Source: Nitrospirota bacterium
Lineage (GTDB): Bacteria; Nitrospirota; UBA9217
DNA length: 64,000 nucleotides
Reading direction: 5' to 3'
Assembly: GCA_963754875.1 (NCBI GenBank)
Contig: CAVWHO010000020.1
Location: 32,001-96,000 of the forward strand
The notes under the pieces were generated by a model. The model searched no databases and was not told the DNA's origin. It saw nothing but the letters and a program-made list of their open reading frames with translations. The position numbers were made by a program, and so were the translations under genes. The number at the start of each line of letters is the position of its first letter. Position 1 is the first letter of the stretch. Shown one piece after another: positions 1 through 11,100 of the stretch.

Positions 1-1
1 G

Positions 2-3000
2 TATGGCGACCGGGCCCCCCTTACGGTGCAGCGCGCGATCACGGGCATCAATACAACGCAGCCGGTGGGCAGCAAAGGGTTGGTGACCATTACCATCACC
101 AACAACTCGGGCGGCACGGTCAAGAACATCAGGCTGACGGACCTTCTTCCGCCCGAGTACGTTATTGACCCCACGTACTGGGCAGGCGGGTTTGCCAAAG
201 CCCTGCAGGTGCGGGCCGCTGCCTTTGGCGTCAACACGATTCAACCTGCCTACGGCAGCTATCCCGGAATGATCGATCAGATCACCTGGGCCGATCCAGC
301 GCCGGGTACGTTGACGTCCACCGACCCTGCCGTACCTCTGTCGAATACGCAGCCAATATTCATATTAACCAGCACGACGGCCAACCCGAATTATCCCAAC
401 CAGATCAACATGTTGCGTGAAGGCGACGTCTTGACGGTGACTTTTCCCATCGTTCTTGTCAAATCGTCCTTTTATGACAAAGTCGCGAACCTGGATGTCC
501 GCACCGAGGCCCCGAACAGCGATCCGCCCGGAACCGATCCGGCCAATCAGACAACGTTAACGAACACACTCACGGTTGAGTATGACACCTTCTGCACTAC
601 GCAAGGCCACCAGACCCGTTCCTTCACCGACAACAGACCGGCTTTCCCGGAGGACCTGGATGTCGATATCGTCGGTTCAGAGCTGATCTTCATTCTCACC
701 AATGATCCGACACAGCCGCTGCCCTTGACGGTCGCTGTCACGAACAACGGTGGCCACGATGCGAGCAACAACAACGACAGGAGTCAATACCATACCTATG
801 TTTCTTTCGGGCAGGGCATGGTCGTTTCTTCGGCGCCGGCCGGCTGCACGAGGACAACAAACCCTCCGCCGTTACCTGTCTGGACGCTTCCTTCACCCAT
901 ACCGAACACAGCCGCGATTTATGACTGCACCGGAGGGAGGATAGCCCCCGGCGCGACCGTCAATTACGGCTTTCAGGTCATCAAGAACACCGATCCCAGC
1001 GCGGCCGACGATCTGACGTTCCGCGCGGACACGGTCGGGCAAATCAGGTTATGGGACGGCACGCCGCTGTGGTTCCCGGCGCCGACCCCGCGACCAGACG
1101 GCATCACCGATCGCGCGAACAACTATACGCTCGACGGCATACGCGCGCGCGTCATCGGCTTCAATCTATTGAAGTCCGAGTACGGGACCTGCACGGAGAA
1201 TAATCCGCCGCCCTCGCTGCCCGATCGTCTGGTGCAGATCGGTGAGGACTGCACGTTCCACATCGATACCGGCGGCTGGTTCGGCTTCAAGACCCCGGGT
1301 TTTACCTATATTGCGGTCCAGAAGATTCAGGTCGTCGATCAAGTGCCCGCAGGACAGGGATACCTATCTTCCACGGATCCCTATGCGAACATCGACCCCT
1401 ACGGCAGCACGACCAGCGCCATCAAAAGCATCGGCCTGAACAAGGGGACGAGTCTTGCGCCGCCACCACCCCAGCCCCTGGATGAGGGATGGTTTAACTG
1501 GACGTTCAACCAGGCCGTTCCCGCGGAGCGCATCACCGTCAAGGACGAGTGGTTCCGAGTCAATGTGACAGACCGCATCATGAATGACCCGATCAATGTC
1601 AGCGCGGCACCGAATCAGCACGCCGCGCTCAGCAGCAACGTCCTCAATTCATATTTTCAGGCCGTCTTCTTCAATCCCAACACGAACCAGGAGGAAGTGT
1701 ATGACCTGGGGCCCAACACCGTGGGTTACCCGCACGAGGCGGCGCGAAGGGTCGACCTGACTATCCAGGAGCCAAAGCTGTCGATCGTCAAGGAGGTCTG
1801 TAACGAAGCGCTCTACGGCGTAGGTCCGGCGTGCAGCCACTTCGTGCCGCTGGCCGATGACGGTGATGCCTACGACTCCTACGTCTACCGCCTCACGCTC
1901 ACCAACGAAGCAAGCAGCAACGGCGTCCCGCGCGCACCGGCTTACGATGTCTCCACCACCGACATCCTCGACCCGAGCGATTTGGCCTATGTCGTCCCGT
2001 TCAACAGCGATGGCCTGGACAACGACGGCGACGGGCTGATCGACGGCGCAGACACGGACGGCGAGGGCGCGATCACGACTGACGACGTGGTCAAGAACGG
2101 GGTGCCGGCGACCATCCAGTTTTCGTATACCAACAGCAAACCCTTGCTGCGTATCGATGCGGGAAAGTCCGTCACGCTCTATTACCGCGTCGACTACGAC
2201 GACAGCGCTGCTCCGCTGCAGCAGTTCGTCAACAAGGCGAAGGCGACGTACGACAGCCTCGAGGGGCCGTCCGGTCACCAAAATGCGCCGCAGCGATTGA
2301 ACGGCGACAAGGGCGGCGCACGGGTGTATGAGTCCGCCGAAGCCTCCGCGACGGTCAAGATCATTCCCGTTTTGACGCAGCCGAAAAAAATCGTCGCCAC
2401 GTCCAACACCCCGCTGAGCGGCACCAGCCCGCAGGGGGCGTCGATCGGTGAGGAGATCAAATACGAGTTCACCACCTCGATCCCGGTCGCGCAATTGCGT
2501 AACTTCGTGGTCCGTGATGAATTGCCCGTCGGCATACGGTGCACCGAGGCCCCGGTCGTCAATCTGAGCGCAGCGCCGTATTCCGATGCCGGCTTCGTGC
2601 CCGGCGGGACGATTACGCCGACCTGCACCAACAACGTCGTACAGTGGAACTTCGGCGATCAACAGGTCACGAAGGGGACGACCAACAACCGGTACGACTT
2701 CAAGATTTCGTTCATCGCACGAGTCGAGAACACGACCAACACCAACAGCGGGGGCCTGATTCGCAACGGCGGCAGCGCGACCAACGTGACCGCGAGCTAC
2801 GTCGATCAAGCCGGGCAGCAGGTGGTGCTCACGTACGGCGAGGCGGCGGTGGTCGTGCAGGAGCCGAGGATCACGCTCACCAAGGCGTTCTCAGTTGCAA
2901 GCGGCGATGCCGGCGACATCGTGACCGTGACCGTGACGGCCGCCAACTCGGGCACGGCAACCGCTTACAACCTCCGGGTGCTGGATGACCTCGCGGCTGT

Positions 3001-6000
3001 CAAGGATCTGATCTATGTGGCGGGGAGCACGGGCGGCACTGATCCGCCTGATAGTGTCGATGCGACCACGCTCGGCGCCAATCGCCCGATCTTTCGCTGG
3101 AACCTGTCCGACCCGAAGTACGCGATCGCTCCGGGAGCGGCCCGAAGTTTCACGTTCAAGGTTCGCATCGATACCACGGCACAGCCGCTCGAAGATTTTG
3201 AACAACACCATTCAAGCGAGCTGGCAATCCCTGCCGAGCCAGGCTACGGCGTTGAACAGCACCGGGAAAATAGGCGCGGATGGCGGAGACATGGGAATGC
3301 GCAACGGCGCCTTGCCCAACATCGGCAACGCCATCAACGATTACGAAACGACCGCCAGCGCCTCATTATCGGTGCCTGCCGTCCAGATAACGAAAACGGA
3401 CTTGTCGTTGTCCGTCGTTCCCGCCATCGGCGCGCAGAAGCAGTTCCAGATCGAGTTCCGGCTGCCGGAGGGCACGACCAGGAATCTGGCAATCACCGAC
3501 AACTTGGCCGCGACGGGTCTGAGTTACGTGCTCGCGAACAATGGCAGTTACGACATCACCTACGAATTCGCGGGTATCGCGAGCATCAATGGCCGGACGC
3601 CGGTTGAGGCGTCCTTCCTATCCTTCCCGGCCGACAACACCTCCGGCAACGCGATATGGAACATCGGCACGGTGGTCACTGCCACCGAGGATGACACGGT
3701 CTCCAACACGCTGAATCCGGTCATTCGCATCAAGTATTACGCACGGGCCAATAACGATCTCCAGACCCAGGCAGGCGGTACGCTGCAGAACTCTGTCAGC
3801 GTTACTTTTACGAACGGCGCGACCGGAACGACGCAAACGCTGACCGGCTCCACGTCGCCCGTTACCGTGGTAGAACCGAAACTGACGCTCACCAAGACCG
3901 CAGCCAACATGACGCCGGGCAAACAACCGGGCGATGTGGCCGTGGGGGGCGACATCCTCGAATACCGTGTTACGGCGACCAATGCCGGCAACTCAACGGC
4001 CTTCGACGTCAATGTGAAAGACACGCTGCCGCCCGGGCTCGCGTGGTATTCCGGTTTTGCGCCGACGGCAACGATCAACGGCGTCTCCGTGAGCGGGTTC
4101 GTCCCGACACCCGCCGGTGCGCCGAACGGTCCGCTCATCTGGGGGCAGGGCAACGGCGACGGGAGCCTCGACATCCCCGACGGCCAGACCCTGATACTCA
4201 CGTATCGTGCCACCGTCGTTGTGGCCAATAGCCAGATCGAAAACGGCGTTCTTGCTGACTGGACCTCGCTCGACGGCCCGAGCCCCTATGAAAGAACCGG
4301 TGCGGGCTGCCCGAATGTCACGCCGCCCAATGTCTACTGCGTGGGGCCAGCGTCCGCGACTACGCTCGGCGTGCAACCCGTGCTGGTATTCCAGAAGACC
4401 GTTACGAACGCGACGCCGGGCAAGCAACCGGGCTCGATCGTCACTCCCGGCGATACGCTGCGGTACCAAATTCTGATTAAGAACATCAGCACGGCCCCTG
4501 TCAGCAATTTTTCGATCGTCGACGAGCCGGACAGGCTGAACGCCACCCCGATGTTCGTCCCGGGCACGCTGCAACTCGTCACCGTGCCCTTGGGGGCGAA
4601 TACCTCGAACACCAACCCGACCGGCGGTACCAAGGGGACAGGGCTCATTGACATTCGTAACCTCAGTATCTCGGCCGCGGGCGGGTCGAATGACACGATC
4701 GTCATCGAGTTCGATGTGAAGCTTGCGCCCGTGATCACGAACGGGACGGTCGTGCTGAATCAGGCGCAGTTGATGGTGTCCGGCTTCCTGTTCGGCAACA
4801 GCGACGATCCCAACGTCAACGGCGTCGACAACCCCGCGATACAGGGCGACGAAGATCCGACGCGCACGGTTATATCCTCCGCACCGGCTTTCCGCATCCA
4901 GAAGACGGCGCAGGATATGACGGGAGATCCGGCCGTGCTGATGACGGGGGATACCGTGCGCTACACCATCACGATCAAGAACATCGGCACCGAGAACGCG
5001 ACGGGCGTCACCCTGCGCGATCTGATTCCGGCGAACACGACCTACGTCGCCAACACCACGACGCTGGACGGATCGGCCGTCGCGGACCCCGCACCCGGTG
5101 TTTCGCCGCTGCAAAACGGCATGTTGGTGCACGCACCCGAAGACGCTACCTCGGGCGCCATGCGCGCCGACGCCACCTCGACCTCGAGCAATGTCGCAAC
5201 CATCACGTTCGATGTCGTCGTCGGTCCGAATCTCCTTAACGGCGCGGCCATCTGTAACCAGGGCTTCGTGAGCGGCTCGGGATCGGGCAGCGGCCCCTTT
5301 CCCGAACAGCCGTCCGATAATCCGGCCACGCCGGCGACCAATGATACGACCTGCAAAGTGCTTGGCAACATGCCGCTCGTGTACGCGCAGAAAACCGTGC
5401 AGCTCGCCGTCGACAACGGATCGCCGGGCGTCGTCGATCCGGGCGACGTGCTGCGCTACACCATAACGGTCAGCAACTCGGGGGCGACGCCGGCGACGAA
5501 CGTCGTGCTGACGGATATTGTGCCCCCGAACACGACCTACGTTGCCAACTCCGCAACGCAGAACGGCGCGGCAGTGCCCGATACCGGCGGCTCGCCGCTC
5601 GCCTCCGGTCTTCCCATTAGTTCTTCAAACCTGACGCCGCCGCTGCCGGGAGCCGGCGCCGGCACGTTGTCACCCGGCGCCGCAGCGACCATCACCTTCA
5701 ACGTCCAGGTCAACGCGGGGGTCGCGTCGGGGACGATCATCAGTAACCAGGGCAGTGTTGCCACCAACGAATTGCCTGCGCAGCTCACCGACGCCGACGG
5801 TGATCCATCCAACGGTTATCAGCCGACGCTCGTCGTGGTCGGAAGCGGCCAACAGCTCACAATCACCAAGCAAGTCGCTGTCGTCGGCGGCGGGGCCGCC
5901 GCAGTCGGCGCCGAGCTCGAATACGTGGTGCGCGTAACCAATATCAGCGTCACGGCGGCGACCAACGTAGTGATCACCGATGCCCTGCCCGGCCAACTTT

Positions 6001-8087
6001 CGTATGAGCCGGGATCGGCAGCGCTGAACGGGTCGAGCGCCGGGATCACGGTCGCAGGCCCGGTCATCACCGCGGACTATTCGTCGGTCTACGGCAGCCT
6101 GCCCTCGAACGGTACCGTGGTCCTCCGGTTCCGCGCCCGGATCGTGTCGGGCTCGATCGGCACAACGGTGACCAATACGGCGCAGGTCACGTGGAACACG
6201 CCGAGCCAGAGCGCCTCGGCCAGCGCTTCCGTGGATATCGGCGGTACGCCCGGCAGCGCAATGCTGAACGGCCGTGCGTGGCACGACGCGAACTTCAACA
6301 ATACCTTTGACAACGGTGAAAGGGCGCTTGTGGGCTGGACGGTTCAGGTCTATCGGAACAGCCAGCTGCTGGGGAGCGTGCTGACCGACGGCAGCGGCGC
6401 GTACGGCGTGAGCGGCCTCGCACCCACGACAACGGGCACCGATCTGTACGAAGTCCGGTTCCGCGCGCCCGGTGCAACCACGAGCACGGCGTTGCTCGGC
6501 CTCGCCGACTCGGCGTTCACCAACAGCCTGCAACGGATCTCCGGCATCACGGCTGCTTCGGGCAGCAATCTTCAAAACCTGAATCTGCCGATCGATCCGG
6601 ACGGCGTGGTCTACAACGCGATCCTGCGCACGCCGGTTGCCGGAGGCGCCGTAACCATGGTGCGGGCATCGACGAACAGTGCGCTTCCGGCAAGCTGTTT
6701 CGATGATCCGGCGCAGCAGGACCAGGTGACGCTCGCGCAGGGCTACTACAAGTTCGATCTGAACTTCAGCGACCCCTCCTGTCCATCGGGGGCCGACTAC
6801 GTCATTCGCGTCACACCGCCGGCGAATGGGTACGGCCCCATGCCTTCGCGCATTATTGCGCCCGCGACGAGCGACGCCACCGCGCCGTTTTCGGTCCCGG
6901 GATGCCCCGGCAGCGCCAACGATGCCATTCCGGCGACGGCGTCGTACTGCGAAGCGCAGCCGTCCGAGTTCGCTCCGGCGACGAGCGTCCCTGCGGGTTC
7001 GGTGGGTACGAAGTACTACCTGCACTTCACGCTCAGCAACCCCGCCGAGGGCGACAGCCAGCTCTTCGATAATCACATTCCCGTAGATCCGCCGTTGAAC
7101 ACCGCGGTCGCGATCACGAAAACGGCGTCGCTGCTCAATGTGACGCGCGGACAAATGGTACCGTACACGATCACGGTCAAGAACACGTTGGGTGCGCCGT
7201 TCCCGAACGTGACTATCGTCGACACCTTCCCGCCCGGCTTCAAATACGTCGACGGTTCAGCCCGTTACGACGGCAACCCGCTCGAACCGGTGAAGACCAT
7301 GCGCGACTTACGTTGGGAAAATCTGCAGCTCACCAGTGAGGAGCAGCACGCGATCAGACTACTGCTCGTCCCGGGCGCGGGGGTAAAGGAAGGCAACTAC
7401 GTCAACAACGCCCAGGTAACGACCGGCTTGACGGGCGAAGCCGTGTCCGCCCTGGCGTCGGCGACGGTCCGCATCGTGGCCGACCCAACCTTCGACTGCA
7501 CGGACATCATCGGCAAGGTGTTTGACGATGACAACGCCGACGGCTACCCCGACCGCGGCGAGAAAGGCCTGGGTGGCGTGCGGATCGTGAGTGCGCGCGG
7601 TCTCATTGCGACAACGGACAAATACGGCCGCTTCCACATCACCTGCGCTGCGGTCCCCGATGAGGATCGGGGCAGCAACTTCATCCTGAAGCTCGATGAC
7701 CGCACCCTGCCGACGGGGTACCGCATCACCACCGAGAACCCGCTTGTGCGACGCCTGACCCGCGGCAAGGCGATCAAATACAACTTCGGCGCGACGCTGC
7801 ATCGCGTCGTGAGCCTGGACATTGCGGACGGCGTGTTCGAGCCCGGGTCCACGGAGATGCGGCCGCAATGGAAGCCGAGAATCGAGATGTTGTTGAACGA
7901 ATTGCACAAGGCGCCGGCTGTACTCCGTATCTCGTACCTCGCGGATCTGGAGGATCCGAGCGTTGTGAAGGCTCGCACGGAGGCGGTCAAGCGTGAAATC
8001 GAGAAGCGATGGAAGCAGGGAAGCTACGAATTGACGATCGAAACGGAGATCTTCTGGCGGCGGGGCGGGCCTCCTACAAAAAAGTGA
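2..8087 (+). CDS. Giant DUF11/isopeptide-pilin-like repeat surface protein with SdrD-B-like domains; 5'-truncated by window edge; ORFs 26..3607 and 3015..8087 joined across a +1 frameshift near 3192
   Basis: The frame is open from base 2. Repeated 'K....GD.L.Y.ITV.N.G...A..V.L.D.LP' DUF11 units. 'GRAWHDANFNNTFDNGERALVG' and 'IGKVFDDDNADGYPDRGEKGLGGV' are SdrD-B-like motifs. Removing one A in CTCGAAGATTTTG (~3192) gives ...QPLEILNNTIQASW and fuses the two ORFs. Confidence 0.85.
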
Positions 8088-8143
8088 ACTGCGGGCAATA
8101 ACGTGTCGCCGTCAAGATGCCTCATTAGGGGAAATTAAGGGGA

Positions 8144-11100
8144 ATGCTGAAACGGATTTCACTCATCGTCGCGACCTGTCTCGTTTCCGCCGTTGCCATG
8201 GCGGAAACGAACGCCACGTCTGTTTCGGCTTCGCCGGATGCTTCGGAAACGCGCGTATCGGAGGCGACCGCTCTGGGCCAGGCGGTCGAACAACAAGCGG
8301 GAACCGATGAGCCGCGCACCTTATGGGTGCGCGACGGTGACGCGGCTGGCAAGCAGGGCGACAAAGTCCAAATGGAGAAGGTCAAGGAGAAAGCGGTTAA
8401 GACCATCAAACTGCAGAACCTCGTCCCTCCGATCCACTTTGCATCGGGGGAAGCGGAGATTCCCGAAGGCACTGTACAGCGTCTGCGCGACGTGCTCGAC
8501 AAGATGAAAGGGCGCAGCAACGTCCGGCTGCATTTCGTGGGGTACACGGACAACGCGCAGCTCTTTGGCGGAGTGAAGCAAAAGTACGGCGACAATCTCT
8601 CGTTATCGCGGGAACGAGCGGGAGTCGCCGCCGAGTATTTCCAGAAGGCCCTCCATCTTTCGCCCGAGTCGATTACCTATGAAGGCATGGGCGAATCCCA
8701 GCCAATAGCGAGCAACGCCACCGAGGAAGGCAAGGCGCTCAATCGGCGGGTCGAAGTCGAGGTCTGGTACGACGAGTTCACCGATAAGCTCGTGGATAAA
8801 GAGGTGGTGGTTCCGGAGCAGATGAATCGCGTAAAGGTGTGCCGCGTCCAGACGGTGTGTAAGCTGCGCTACAAGGAGGGGCACGCAAAGCGCGCGCGCA
8901 TCAAGAATCTGGTGGAGCCGCTTCACTTCGACGATGACACGACGGCCATACCCGAGGATTTCGTCCAAAAGGTGCGGCAGGCGCTCACCAACCTCGGAGC
9001 AAAACAGCACGTCGTCGTCAAGTTCATCGGGTATACCGACAACCTGCCTCTTACGGGGCGGGCCGAGCGCGTGTACGGAACTGCGTTGGCGTTGTCGAAG
9101 GCGCGGGCGCGGCGGGCGGCGCTGGCCATTCAGGATGCGCTGAAACTCCCGACGTCGGGGATCGACGTGGATGGCAAGGGCGGAGCCAATCCGATTGCCT
9201 CGAACGACACCGAGAAAGGTCGGGCGCTCAATCGGCGCATCGAAGTCGAATTCTGGTATGACGACGCGCTGCAGGAGCTGTCGGACGAGCCGCAGCTCTG
9301 CCCGGAAGCCGCGGGTGCGGAAACGGTGACCCGCGTTTACGATCCGCCTTCCGGCGGCGTCAAGCCGGTCCTGTTTGAGCAGGGCAAGCCGGTCATTACG
9401 CCGGAACAGCTGGAGCGTCTGCGCAGCAGCATGGACGAGATTCGCGACAAAACGAAGGTGCGATTGCGTTTCATCGGCTATACCAACGACGAGCGCCTCG
9501 ACCGCCGCACTGCGATGGTGTACGGTGACGATATCGGTCTTTCCACCGCCCGTGCCCGCCGGGTCATGAATGCCGTCAAAGAGCAGCTGGGTCTGAAGGA
9601 CGGGCAGGTGGAGTTCGAGGGGCGCGGTTACGTGCAATCGGATGACGTGGTCAATACGGGCTTTGTCGAGTCCGATACGGCGCGCGTCGAAGTGCAGATC
9701 GTATATGACGAGCTGTTGGCGCTTGACGACACCGAGGGGCTGGATATCACGCGCTTCACGCGTGAGGTCACTCCGAAGGATCCCCTTGCGCTGAACCTCA
9801 TGCGCATCACCGTCGACGGCAAACCGGTCGATGATCCCAACAAGAGCATCGCCGATATCGAGCGGTGTACCGACGTGGCCCTGGACAAGGCGAATGTGCA
9901 ATTCAAGTTCGACAATCTGGAGCTAAAACCCCGGCTCAATGCGACGGCCTGGCCGAATTTCATTCGTTATCAGGACGACCCGAATACCGAATACCCGGAA
10001 AACCTGATACGGTTTCGCACGTACACGAACTACGCGGCGTTTATCAGGAAATCGGAAATTCGCATCTTCGACGCGCAGGAGTCGCTCAACGATACACCGC
10101 TGGCTGTCATCGAGGTCAACAAGGACGGCCGGGCCGAGTGGCAGCCGACGCTTCCCAAACCGAAGGCCCCCGGTGACTCATTGAAATACGTGCTTCGTGT
10201 CTACGACGGGTCGAATCATTTCGACGAGACGAAGCCACTGCCGATCTGGATCGTCGACCGGCAGCCTGTGGAAATTCAGGACCACGATGCAGAGAAAGAG
10301 TTGCTGGTCGGCTACGGCGAGAACCACCTCGTCGTAGACAACATTCCGAAGAACGGCGGGACCATCAAGGTGTATGGCAGCGCTGTCCCCACGGATCATT
10401 CGGTGTTCGTGGCCGGCCGCGCAGTCCCGGTCGGAAAGGAAGGCAAGTTTGTCACCGAAGAAATTCTGCCACAGGGCATGCACACCGTTGAGGTGGCGAT
10501 ACTCGATACAGCGGGCAACGGCGACCTGTTCCTGCGCGATCTCGATCTGAAAAAGAATGACTGGTTTTACGTCGGCATCGCCGATGTGACGGTCGCCCGG
10601 GATTTCACGACCGGCCCGGCGGAGCTCGTCACGAACGATCAGACGCACTTTAACAACGAGCTCAGCACCGATGGTCGGCTGGCCTTCTACACCAAGGGCA
10701 AGTTCGGCGAGGGCTGGGAATTGACCTCAAGCGCTGACTCGCTCGAAGGGCCGGTCAAGGATATCTTCAGTAACATAGGAGACAGATCTTCCGACTCATT
10801 GTTCCGGAGCATCGATCCTCAGTATTACTACCCTACCTACGGTGACGACGGCAGCGTGGAGGAGGGGGCACCGACGCTCGGCAAGTTCTACCTGAAGCTG
10901 AAGAAGGACGAGAGCTACGGCCTGTGGGGGAACTTCAAAATCGGGTACAACGATAACGATCTGGCGCATGTCGATCGCGGATTGTACGGCGCCAACGCCC
11001 ATTATCAAACACCGGCGACGACGAGCTTCGGCGAACAGCGGTTCATGATTGACGGCTTTGCCGCGCAACCGGGAACAGTCGGAACACGAGACGAGTTTCT

